From NCBI GenBank assembly GCA_002633005.1, contig NMRA01000285.1, positions 233,505 to 297,504 on the forward strand: a stretch of DNA of 64,000 nt, read 5' to 3'. Every line of letters begins with the position of its first letter. Position 1 is the stretch's first letter. Positions 38,689 to 51,537 of this stretch are shown here, piece by piece. Origin of the DNA: Phoronis australis (Eukaryota; Animalia; Phoronida). Below the pieces are notes generated by a model. That model saw only the letters and a program-made list of their open reading frames with translations. It did no database searches and had not been told where the DNA came from. A program made the position numbers and the translations under genes.

Positions 38689-41621
38689 ATGAGCTGAAAT
38701 GCAGTCGTAATTCATACATTGTTCTTCACTAAGTCATGTTTCTGGTCTTTGCTGTTCAGTTTCTCATACATTAAGCTGCCTTGTAATGGGGAGCGGGTTC
38801 ATATGCATTCAGGTATTGCCGTGGAAACGTAGCCCATGAGCACCCCCTCCGTTCTTATTGTACTGAGGACCTGTATTTAGCTAGCACTACCTAGCGTGTA
38901 TGAAGTTGCCCATTGCATGTTTTTTTTTGTGATTGGGCTTCATATGCTGTGCTACCCAAGACCGACCGAACTTTACAAGTTAGAGCAACCCTTGGTAATA
39001 TATGACATACTACATTGATGTAGCATTAATATTGGGAACTAAACACTTTGGTGTGCACAAGCAGCTAGAAAACCACGACAGAATTATGAATTACTGAAAG
39101 TGAGAAACAGATAGTTGTGGTTATACTCAGATGTTTAGTATGTGAGGAAACATGTTCAGTTTATATCCCCTTCATATAAGACAGCACTTCAAAGACTGGT
39201 CATTTGTAGATTCTTAGTTTACTCTTTTGCTAAGGAGACTGTGAATTTAGTTTTTGGGTTGTATTGTATGAAACAATGAAAAGGATATGCAGCCACAAAA
39301 TAATTTATTATAGTTGGTCTTTTGTGAACCACGGGATTTCACCATTGAAGATCATCATACTAGGTCTGGATTCCGATTCTGTAAATACAAACTCTTTCCA
39401 CAGCATGCATGTCAGGATTGTACATTCATAACTTGAATTGTTTGTGCTGTGTCTCTCTGTACGACTTGTTTGTTGGCGGTGATCACTTTCTCTATTGTAT
39501 TGTTGTCTCGGGTCGATACTAGTGCGTTTCCACTGAATAGTCTGTAGATATTTTACAGATGACTTAAAGCAAACCCATGTTCCATCCAAGAAACTTGATT
39601 TCGACCACTTTCCACTAAAAACTTAAGTCTCAACTTGTTTCATACTACTTCTGAGGATGTGACGAGCGCAGAGTTCGTTATTCTTGGTGACAATGCTTGG
39701 CACTTCAGGAGACACCAACTTGTGCAGCCTGGTGTTGTTGTTTTGGAAGCCTTGGAGTCACTTCCTTGACTATTAAAGGAACAATTTGAGATGTATTTCA
39801 TGGTGCTAAACGGTTCAAAACAAAAGTTGGTTTTGGGAAGGCAGGCGTAAACTCTTAGGAGACATTGATTGGTTCACGTTTTATTGGACCTGTTATCAAT
39901 ATTATTTCAGTGTTTAGTTTCAAATAGATGAGTACTAGCTCCGTGACGACGCACCCTACACCTCTGATAGTGGTACTGAAGAAGTAATAAGAGTTATACG
40001 ATATTATTTTTGTACGTTTGTTGGAAACTGTTGATACTTTGCAAGTGCATAAGATCACCTTTAAACTAGAATTTTCTGTGTAACTCCTTTGTAATCTCAT
40101 GTTGGAGAACATTGTTTTAGTAGTTTTTGCATGACTAATCGTGTAGAATGAATGGGCAAGTCTGTGTGTGTGTACATTATTTGTGTACACAATGTAGTGG
40201 CCCTAGTGCAGTGCAATACATGTCAATAAAGTCATGGTATCAACACAAATAATCCTTTATATTGTATTACATACATGTGATCACAAACAGTAGGAAACCA
40301 AAGACTCGTTATCTTAATAGATTTGTTTAAACAGTGACTGGTGTCGGACTGGATAAATTATGTTGGACTACAAAATACAGTCATGCTACTATATTCTTAC
40401 TTGCTAAGTGGTGGATTTACATCTCAGGCCCTGTTAACTGCTATTCAGCATGCATACATTGAATGAGACTTGACAGCTTATGAGAAAACTGACCAGCTTG
40501 TGAGGCACCATGTTAAAAGGGAATGCAAAACAATGAACATGTCATTGGTCAATTTGGCACATTTCATTTACCAATAACATGTTAACAGTGGTAACATTTG
40601 CATTTTTTTCGTCTTCATGCCACAATACTTTTTGTTAGACAAACAATTTCCTCTCTGGCATCCAGTGCAAATCAGGTGGCTACACCTAGTACACTAAAAC
40701 CTGAAATACAAGCAGGAGTCATTTGTTCCACTAAACTAAGTATAGGACTTGAGAGGAAGAATAATTCAAGTAATACAGTCTTCTGCCTTACACCTTATAA
40801 CAATAATAATTGTTCTTTAATTAATGAGCACGCAATAAGTGGAAGTGAGAAGGCTTGTAGGGTAGCGTTCACAGACGATCGCTGCGCAAATATGTTAACT
40901 CAATTTTTCGTCTATTCATAAGAAATTACGTCAACTACAATCTGCCACAAAGCATCACATTCTCTTCATAACAAGTCTTAATTTCACCAGCGTTCATTTT
41001 CTGTGGGTCATAAAAAATCCTGGTTGCACTTTGTTATGAGAAAGCTTTGTTTAAGAATTTGTGAACTGTCCTGCACAACTCGTGGCTTGAAGAGCATACT
41101 AAATATTAGTATTTTCTAAACTGAACTCTGGTGCACTTCTACAAGAGGTGCATTTCATTTCTAAATCATACTTGAACAAATTTTTTTAGCAGAAATCTCA
41201 CCAGTTGCATACCACAACACTCCACTAATTAGGTGAAGATCGTACAACTCCATGCAGTAGGCTTGTGCAACGTGCTGACACATGAGATATAGATATACTA
41301 CCAACCTGGAGAATTTACAACTGTACAGTTTCGTGTGGGGGTGGTTAAGTGTCCACAAAATACATTCTTGGTATGCAGTTGTTGCCAGAAACCCCTGCAG
41401 TCGAGAAGGCACTAACTTAAATTTGCCCAACCCTCACTATAGAATAAGTTTTAACCAAATGTGAATAAAACTAATATCTATTCCAACCATGAAGTCAGAG
41501 TAGGGGCCCATCAGAATAAAAATTAAAAATATACTGTAATTTATGTTGAGTACACTTATCTGCAACTACATTTGGTCAAACTTGTATACCAGACACCTGA
41601 GGTTGAGTGACTTGTCGACCT

Positions 41622-44600
41622 CTACACTTGCGACTGGTCAAACTTGTACACCAGGAAATTGGGTGTTCCAGTGTATTTCCTGGCAAACTGTTTCCCATCT
41701 GGAGTTGGATCCGAGAAGGCAATGTCCGAAATCTCCAGTGTCAGACCAAAAGCAAAGTTCCTCCTGAAAATTAACACAGTGATGACACTAATTGATTTTT
41801 GAAATACAAACCACGGGTTAGCCATGTACACAAAGGGTTCAGTTCAACAGAAGACAGCTCAAGACACTGTAAGGTGTTGAAAAAAAACAAAATGCACAAT
41901 TTTCTAATCACTTACTGTTCACACTTCATGGCTGATTTAAAAACTACTTTGTTAAAAAGTATACACCATCTATCAAAATTATAATTATATTCAAAATTCC
42001 TAACATAACACCTTGTTAATTTATCTTGAAATTGCTCTGTACATATTTCACTTTGATGATATATTTAATATGACTGGCCTAGACTATCATTTTTAACTCA
42101 CTACTAGCAATCAGTTGTCATGGCGATTTCTGTATACACTGGATAGTTTCATATCAACCATCAAAAGTCTGACCATAACTCTACCTGACGGCATCTATCA
42201 GCCGGGTGGCCACACATTGTCGCCTGGCCTGGTGAAACACCCAAATCCTGCTGACACCGCAGATGGCAGGTTGACTGTCTGAGCTGCAACACCACGCCAT
42301 CTGGTGGTCACTGTCAGAATTAGCAGGTGTGTTGGACAGGACAGGGTAAGCCTGCAAGGTAATGTTAAAAACTTCACCAGGTTTATGTAAAGACTTGAGT
42401 AAGAAGTGCTCTACGGTGTGGTAATAAGTAATAATAATAAAACAGATTCTCAAAACATAAGGTAATGTGAACAATTATCACCATTTTCACAGGTGTGCAA
42501 CAAACACCCCTCTCTCTGCCAACTGTACTAAAGTTATAATTGTTTTAGTTGCCATGTCTGGCATAAGAGCAAGGCCTTTATAAACATGTCAAAAGAATCA
42601 TCGTGCTGTTAAATCTGTCAGTTTTCGGTAAAAATTTTATCTTGAAAAAGTAATAAAAACAATGAAAATTTTGTTTTCATATTGCCATTTTATAATGTCC
42701 ATGAGTAGTGAACTCAGTCTCCCTTACACAAGCACTAATTTTACGAACTCGTGCAAACAACTAAATGTGAAAGGTCCCTAATCACAGCAAGGTATTAACA
42801 GAAAAATGTTCATAAATCAGTAAAGTGAGATGAGAGTAATTTCTTTTAGTGACATAAAAACGAAATAATCAGTTCAAAATGACAGCCACATATAACAGAG
42901 GTTATTCTGCATATTCTGAATGTCGGGCAGATGGGATGACTCTTTAAATTAAGTTACAAAAAATAGTCTTTATCCGAGAAATGATCATTTAAGCAATTTA
43001 ACAATAAATGTAACATCATGATTGTAACTCACCTTTGAGATTTCTTGAGCAATACAAACTCCGATAACCTTGCCTTCAGTAGATATGTAGAGGAATGTCT
43101 GCAAAATGGACGGACAGGAATAAGGTGAATTTAAACAGAACAAATAGGTACAATCCAAAGTGCTGAGAGATGCCTAGGTATGCTGCTTAGTTGTCAAGAT
43201 ATCGAACTCAACTACACCTTAAGCCTGATTTGAATTAAATAATATGAATGGTGTTCTCACATAATTCTACGAGAAGAATTTGTAGTCTTTATGTCTTCAT
43301 GGCAGTTCTTAGATCTAGTCCATCATTATGTATTTCTGTCCATAATTAATCATATTTGACAAGAAATTAAGAGATTAAACAAAAAGCAGTAAAAAACTTG
43401 ACGGAACCTTTCTGTTGTTGGTGACAGCAGATCTCTCCTCCAGAAATCCAAGTTCTCTGTCTACAATTTCTTTCAATTCTTCCAGCTGAAGGAGAACACC
43501 ATTACTTAACATTAGAAATAATACTATTCACACAGTTTCATAAAAATATTTATACGGTCTCAAAGCTGCATTTCATCAATGTTTAACTGTGAACGATGAA
43601 TTTATAATGGAAGCACTTTGGGTGTCAACACATTACCATCTTATCGAGGTATAATCTATGAGACTGATTATATGAGAGTAAAAGTCCTAATTTGATTTTC
43701 GTTTTTAGCTTGCTAAACAGAGAGAAAGGCAGCTTTAAATCTATCAAACTGAATTTAGACTGGGGCCATTTGTGGCCATTTTGGTGAAGCAATCTCTGAT
43801 ATAAACTAGATAGGAGCTATAACAAAAATTATGAACACCTGTAAAATCTGCAAACCATAGGTGATTTGCTAAGGAATTTTTCAAGGCTCTAAGAAATTGA
43901 TGCGACAGAAAGACATCAGGTGCACCAATTTGCATCTCTAGTTTAAGAAGTTCTCAAACATTTCCAATCTTCACACGTCCACTGCAATGCCTACCTTCTT
44001 TACAGCATACTTAGGGTCGGTTGGCAGCACCATCAGTATCCTACCACCATCAGGCAGGTTTTCAACGACACGCTCTTTCTTCCAACCCTGAAGCATTGAC
44101 ACACTTTGACAAGTCACATCAATAACAATAACAATAATAATAACAATAATAATAACAATAATAATAATAGGACGTTAAACAGACCCATTGAAGCAGACAA
44201 CTGGTGCTTTTACTCTACTGCTCATATTCAGCGTTCAACAACTCTACCAGCCTGCTTGAGGAATTTCGCAAGTGTTTTGAGGTTTTTGTTACTTATGACT
44301 GTTTTGACTGAAACTAGTTTACTTCCGCATTCTTTTCTAATGCTTTGGTATGTGAAACACCAACAGACATTGTGTTCTGGTGTTTCTTCTTTCATCCAGC
44401 ATTACGCCAACAGGATTCTATTGCTTGACCTGTTGTTTCCTTATGTTTCTGCAGGTTGCATGTTGTCACCTGCATTACCATTTTGTACCCAATACGTTGT
44501 CATATAACTCTGCATAACTTGCATATGCACACACATTAGCCAGCAGTAAGCTCGCAAAATGGCGGCAAGAACAAAGTTTAACTATACGCAATGACCAGTA

Positions 44601-47600
44601 AATGCTTCACATCATTATCTCTGTAGGATTCAATGACACTTACAGGAAACTTCAGCACAGCCATCATACGATCGTGAAATCTGCGGTGAGCTAGATCATC
44701 AGACGGGTCATTCCTAGTATAAACTGTTCCACACGTATGACACTGTGTGGTACCCAGACTTCGTTGACCAACATCCTAAAAACACCGAAGATAACACTGA
44801 GACCATATACAGGGTGGTCCATCAAGTTACCAAGTGTGATTGAGCAACACATTACCATTATTTATCGTACTCTATTTAGCCTAGTGTATGCCACAAGCTA
44901 TGTTGCAGAGTAAAACAAGATGTGGATTGTTGAAGAATTTCAATAACTATGGAAAAGGTAATAATAACTAACAAGACTCTGAATGACGGGCATAGGAAAA
45001 GAGGCATATACATGGAAATACCAAACATAAATAGAAGAACAACAAAGGTGTGTTGAGAAAACGCCTGAAGGGCCTAACACAAAATGGATAAAAGAGGAAA
45101 AACAATAACCCCCGAGATGGAGGATGGGAAAATTAATGGGGAAAACCCAGCAGGTCTTGTGTGAGACCAGATACTGAATGAACTAGGCCATGCTGTACTG
45201 ATACAAAGAAAAAATAACTGACCAATGAGATAACCAGTAGGAAAGTGTATGAATACAAAACACTGAATAAATGAGTAGTGAAAAAATGAACTCTAAGGGT
45301 GGACATCAAAACAAAAATGACGTAGAGCAAAATCATAATAATATAATCCATTTAACAAGCACCAATTACCCATGATGTTGCACAGGTGCCAGTCCCGTTT
45401 TCAGCCATTCTTTTACTTAAATTATACAAATTGTGTTGCTTAGAAGCCTGTTCATCAAAATTTTGTTGTCACGCAATAAGTTGGATAAACACATGTGAAT
45501 ACACAGCTTGCCAGGGACTTGTATTTCTTTGCCAAATTTCTAGTTTCTACAAAACTGTATCCCCAATTGAAAAATATTTTACCATAAACCAGGTCTCTCG
45601 ATCCCTCGACTTTGGGGTCGAATATTGTACCCCTCCGAATGAAAAATCCTCTCAAGGTTAGAACCACATGCACAGACATTAGGATTCAAAACATATCATT
45701 AACTGCAAAAATCACTACTTCGTAGTCATTAGTCGTGTTTTTTCCAGTGTTTACAGCCTCGATGTGAACAACATAATCTGGATTAGTTTATTACAAGTGC
45801 AGGTGTGACCACAAAGTATTCGGTAAAGTAAGTCATTCACGAGAGTCCTGGGTTCACAACCTGACACCCCTACCAGGCTACCAGGGTTGGTCCAATTCCA
45901 AGAAAAATACACGTGGCCTTATGGGTGATCTGTTCTTAGCATTGTGCAAGGTGAAACTCAAAGATAGTGCTGGGTAGACTAAGAACACTGTGAACCCAAA
46001 TTTTTGTGTACCAGCCTCAGTCAGACATGCGTTTTTATGTACTCAGACAGACTTACCAAAATCATTTGACTCTTTCCATCCTTAGACTCCTTCAGCTTCA
46101 AAAATCGGACAGGTGAACTTTTGTTAGACCTCAGGAAAAATAACAAAACGATAATGTATCATTAAGATTTACTGCAAGAGCCTAGCAAGTACACCAAGTT
46201 ATGCTGCACCATAATTTGGTGATCTATAGTTTAAGAAGGCAATGGAGCAGTTTCAGTCATCAACTGAAGAAACAAAAAGACAACACAAAATCAATTATTG
46301 TATTCAAACTTATGAGAACTGTAACACCTGGAAGCAAGTCACAATTTTTGACTTGCTATCCTTCAGAAAGTAAACAGAGAATTCTCAAAAACATCCAGTG
46401 GGTCAGTCCCATTCACAGCAAAAGATATCAGTTCCAAAGTAAAAATAAAAATCAATGTCACGCAAGGCAATAAGTAGTTACAGGCATACTTTCTCTGTTG
46501 TATCCACGAACAACACTTTACTGTAAAAATTCTCCAGTTTGGGACAGCGAAACCAAAATTCTAGAAATATATAGATAATATCGGTAGTCCCAATTTCAAG
46601 AATTACTGTCAGTGACAAGCTAATCATTCACCATGATGTTACAGGCTATGGGGATGCATGAAAATGTTACCTCTGCAGCTATTTTTGACAATTTTACAAC
46701 ACTCAAGTTTATTTTCAGATTCTATTGATGCAAAACAGTGTCCCATATTTGAGAAATCGCCGTCATAATATTCAGAATCAAGAAAATTCCATTTCGGCTG
46801 GAAATCATTGTCCCAAATTTTAGAGATTGAACTGGAGATTTGTTGCGCTACATACTACCATTTTCATAGCAACAGAACCTGGTTGATAGCAGCTTCAACA
46901 AGATACATTTATAGCACTATGTAATAGAACACAACTTACAGTTTTGGAGAAGGCTTGAAGGAAATGGGCCACTTTGGAGTAGATGGGGGAGAAGGTGAAG
47001 ATAAACCTGAAACAGAGGCATTGCAATTTTAAATCCAGTGACTGCTGAAGAACTAAAATGATCATTAGTGATAACAAGAAATCGGTAATAAGCATTTACT
47101 TATACAACAAGAAGCAGTGTTTTCCACATCTTGTTCTGGCTCATCATTGGTGTCGTGTTTTGCCATGACAAGTTTGGCTTAATTGTGTTGAGTTTGGAAA
47201 TCTATGCAATGAGTTGGGAGACTGGACATTCTTAAGGACAATTTCAACTTTTGATACCAGTTCAGTGCATCTATTTCGAAACATAATGCAAAAATTTCCC
47301 CAGTATAGACATGGACATACTCAAAAGGCATTATTTCAAAAATATCTCACCAAACTTACCATTTGATTTGTTATCACTGTTAACGTCGTGTCTCGCCATC
47401 AAAGAATCTGAGCAACTGATCAGACTGATGCTATCTTCAGTCACGCTGTGACTGTAGCAAGATACAGTGTCGCCAGTTAAAGAGGATGCGTCATCAGAGA
47501 ACAAGCTGGGAGTGCATGTGACTTTGTTGTGCTCGACATTGCCACAGGAACTGTCACTGAATGGCCAACCCAAACTGGTCGCTCTTTCCTCCTTAACATT

Positions 47601-49255
47601 GTTTGCTTCAAGAGTTTTCTGAAACATCTTTTTAATTCTGTTTGCACTTTTTGGTGTTTTAACTTTTTTGGATAACATTTGTGTGAAATAAGCATAGTGG
47701 GAACGTCTGTACTTTGGTTTGGCTTCTCTGTTTTTGAAGAATTTGTTCTTTGTTGACTGTGCAGAGCCTTGATCGTCTGTTTGTGATTCTTCTTGGTCGA
47801 AATCTGTAATGCTTGCCAAGGAGCTCTCGTGATCAGAGATGGATGAGTTGCTGTCTGAGCAGTAGCCATCACTACTATCATTCAGTACGGACTCTATAAC
47901 AGATTCTGTCGTCAACGCGCTTCTTGGTTTTGACTTCACAGTGACCAGACAGGTGTCTGGTTTCTCAATGCTAGTGTTTTTATCTTTGTCTCCTGCTCCT
48001 GAAGCAGCACTTGGACGGTCAACAACCTTAATGCCGATATTGTCTAGCCAACTGAAGCTACCCGAACTGCCATTGGAGTTTTCATCATCTTTTGACAATG
48101 AGCTGATTTCCACAACTGTTGAACAGGTTTTTGTAAGCTCCGGCGCTTTCTTTGCTTTTCCATAAAATGAATTTGTGGCAACTTTGGTCGAGATTTCTCT
48201 AAGAGGTTTACTTTTACTGCGTGATACACACAGCCTCTTTTCTGGACTATACAAATTTTCTAAATCCACTAAATCTGACACCAATTTTCTTTTCTTTACT
48301 GTAGGTGGCAAGTATGATGAGGCTTTGATGTTTCTGTGGAAATAAATAGTAAAAAATATTCAGGATAACAAACACATCATGTTTAGAGTAAATATTCTGG
48401 TCACCGATTGTATCTTGGCATTTCTTCATGAACAATTATTTTCTTACAACCTATATTTCTTTTTATGCACCGACATTTAGTTCTTACAAACACATTTTTC
48501 ATCATGAATCGCAATAGGTTATACTTTGCACCAATCACATGGCTACATAGTGCATGTACAACTTGGTCCTACTGTCATTGAAAAGAACTGTGGTTCGTAA
48601 GCAAAGAAATGTATTACTGCAATTTAGCAAAATTGCGATCAATGAGGACATGGAGACAGCTATATGAGAAAAGATAACCAACTGTCTATGAGAACAAAGG
48701 TACTATCCATTAAGGAACAAGATTGTTTTCCCTAACATGCAGAGAGAAATATTCTAAATATAAAATCATGGTTATTCTTTACCTATTTTGGGAAACAATA
48801 CAGCCGACAAGTGAAATTCTACTTTGTTTAATTTCTTCTCAAAAATATATATTAATAAAAGTTTCGTCTATTACTAGCATAGTTTGTACTGTTTAGATGT
48901 CACAAAACACCAATTGGTAAAGTTTCTACTATTCGCAGAAAAGTTATTTTCTAATAAAAAAGGAAAATTTTGACAATTGTTTCCAGGCAAAATAAGTGAA
49001 GAATTGCCATAATCCTTAATCTTTCTGCATATATTTCACTATCATTCATTTCACTGTCATTCCCATTGTCCCTCAGTTATTTAAATGTCCAAGTAGTCTT
49101 AAAACCACACCCAAAGTTGATCATAACTTACAGCACTAATTTAAGTTAAGTTTCTTATGTGCGAGCATAACGATTATATGTTCTTCAAACAAATACATGT
49201 TTCAAACTCACCCCAATTGTTTGTGTGCTTGTGGTGTCATACAAGCAGGCATCAT
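41622..49255 (-). CDS. ESCO2: N-acetyltransferase ESCO2-like (Eco1 family cohesin acetyltransferase), about 611-637 aa
   Basis: Exons 49255-49212, 48333-47360, [possible 47177-47100], 47006-46940, 46129-46057, 44775-44644, 44087-43995, 43485-43408, 43098-43033, 42351-42185, 41763-41622; 5' UTR exon ending 51150. PIP-box QMILDVGQR, C2H2 finger [41 protein letters not shown]2 rather than ESCO1 is supported by CCDC25 adjacency. Confidence 0.92.
44121..44168 (+). repeat. (AAT/AAC)n microsatellite
   Basis: 16 trinucleotide units in an ESCO intron. Confidence 0.95.
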
Positions 49256-49326
49256 GCTCCAACTCACTGCAATATTGAAAACCAATGCAGTCTCATTACA
49301 GTCATTCTTCAATATAATAAGTACCT

Positions 49327-49606
49327 TTTGATCATAGAGGGACACCTTAGGGAGGCTGTCGATGTCTTTAATTCCTTCCAACTCAAACAAATACTCCTGT
49401 AATCAAACTTTTTTTTTCGAGCAGTTCTTCGTTCAGTTGCTCAAATTGGCAACTGGCCACTTTTAACACAGCACACACAGTGTAAAAATGACCAGCTGCC
49501 AATTTAGGCAACTGAACGAAGGACTGCTCGGCATAAAAGTTTGATAACGGGTGAAGAAATTAAAGAAATCAACAGCCTCCTAAGGTGTCGCTCTATGCAC
49601 AAAACG
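49327..49606. mobile_element. About 280-bp palindromic MITE
   Basis: TTTTGATCATAGAGGGACACCTTAGGGAGGCTGTCGAT.. mirrored by ..ATCAACAGCCTCCTAAGGTGTCGCTCTATGCACAAAA; partial relatives at about 15630-15850 and 52383-52480. Confidence 0.7.
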
Positions 49607-51070
49607 TTATTCTGCTGCTAAAGTTGTGGAGCGGTATGCATCGGCTATCGGTGCCATGAAATATATTGTCACCTATTTGTCAGCCAGTTTCTTTTTTGTT
49701 GATTCTTCAATCAACAGTTCTTCTTCCACGAAGCTACATGCAACGTCACAACGAATTAATCAGAACTGGTTTCATTTTGTTATAAGTTTTTGGTATTTTA
49801 AAATCAGCAAATCGAATTTTAGAGCAAAATTTGCTGATGCAAAGCTGCCATCATCTCCCGAGAGATGTCGCAAAAAGTTAGGAAATGTCCCATGTACGTG
49901 TCAATAGCGTACTGTTTTAAAAATGGTGATACACTTTTCTTTGTTACAAAAGGCAGAGAATTATGCGAGAAAGTGATGTTTATTAGAATTCATTGTTTTT
50001 TCAATTAAACCGTTCAAATGTCAAAGTGAGTCGATAGAATTTGAAAGCACCCCGGCCCCTGGGTCGTTAGCTCTCGGCTACATGTTGACGACTACAACAA
50101 GTTTCACGACGAGGTGACAAACAGAACTACCTGGGTCTATTGGAGCTTAACGCACAGTGGCTTCTTGCTGTATTTTGACGATAGTCTTCATACAGCTAGC
50201 TAGCTGGCTAGGCTACGCGGCTTAGCCGTTAAAAGCGGCTAAGGTGATTGCCGGATTTGGTTGAGTAGCTGTAGTCAGTGTAGCCAGCCAGTTAGCTGTA
50301 TGATGATTGTCATCAAAATACAGCTAGGTGCCACTCTGTGTATTTCTTCCGTAGACCAGGAAATTGCACACAGCCAGGCTAGTTCTGCTCATCATCTCAC
50401 TGTGAAACTTGTATCAACATGTAAAGCTAAAGACCGGACAGGGTGCATGCAAAATCTGGGAATCAGCCGACACTTACCTTGCCCGTTACAGCCGTTTAGT
50501 GAAAAACAATACAATAAACTTCATTTTCTTGCGTAATTCTCTGCCTTTTCTAACAATGAAAGATTGCCGTCGTTTTGAAAACAGTACGCTCGTGTCATGT
50601 GCACGTGCCATTTATTAAATTTTTGCGACATCTCTCAGGAGATGAAAGCTTGGCAGCAGCAAAATTTCATCTGAAATTCTGTTTTTCGGTATCAAAATTC
50701 TAAAAACTTAAGTGAAACCAGTTCCGATATTTTTTTGTGACGTGTACGCAACCTCATGAAAGAACAACAGTTGATTGAAGAATCGGTAAAAAAGAAATTG
50801 GCCAATAGGTGACGTAATATTTCATGGCGCCGAAAGTCGTAGCTAAAGATCGCTCCACAAGTTGCACAACTTTAGCAGCAGAATAACGGTAGAACGCCAT
50901 TTTTCCAACACCGTTAAATAATTTAGTTTACTCAAGGAAGACTGCAGTTTTTAATGACACTAATTTTGTGTCAATTTTTATCTTACCACGTTTTACCCAC
51001 ATCGGCGCAAAGCTGTACATAGTCATAGACAAGTAATACAGAATGTCACAGCTTTGTACAAGGCGTAGGC
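49606..51070. mobile_element. Second foldback element (inverted pair of arms), left arm truncated
   Basis: + arm about 49606-50215, spacer containing hairpin CTTAGCCG-TTAAAAG-CGGCTAAG, - arm about 50280-51070 ending CAGCTTTGTACAAGGC. ESCO intron 1. Confidence 0.8.
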
Positions 51071-51149
51071 CTACAGTTTATCCGACAAAAATTACTTTCA
51101 GGCGCTTGTGACGATTCACCTAATAGACGTGACAACATACTTTACTTAC

Positions 51150-51537
51150 GGACGACAGCAATCGACGAAAAGTTCTGTTTAAAGGAAGTTCTGTGTTAAT
51201 CAGGCGAAAATTGTGCAAAGCAATTTCGATACCGCCAAAATCTACAATTGGATTTCGCGGGAACTTTTGTGTCAAAGGTCAACAAAGCTCCCATCTATGG
51301 TTTTACGTTTTGAAGATTTAAAAATATTTTTGATTTTAAAAGTCAAATTAAAATCTAGAATTAATAAATCATGAAACTCGTTAAACTCATTTTAATTAAC
51401 TTCAAATTTCTTTTGGAGTTTTATGTTGTTGTTATTTATTTTTGCTGACGCTAGGTGTCACACCAATTACCGGAAATTATCTAGCAGTGTTCCAGTTGGA
51501 TTGTTTTTTACGTGTTATTTATCAGTGTTGAATCACA
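51150..51537. promoter_or_regulatory. ESCO2 5' UTR exon and bidirectional promoter ESCO2/CCDC25 with E2F-like sites
   Basis: Donor GTAAGT on - at 51149; TTTTGGCGG (-, 51232-51240), TTTCGCGGGAA (51253-51263), CHR-like TTTGAA (51309-51314), ETS-like CCGGAAAT (about 51470). Confidence 0.65.

Noticed and set aside
44106-44507. 133-aa poly-Asn ORF
   Set aside because: Microsatellite-derived, antisense within an ESCO intron.
47477-48229. Overlapping ORFs within the large ESCO exon
   Set aside because: Shadow frames of a genuine coding exon.
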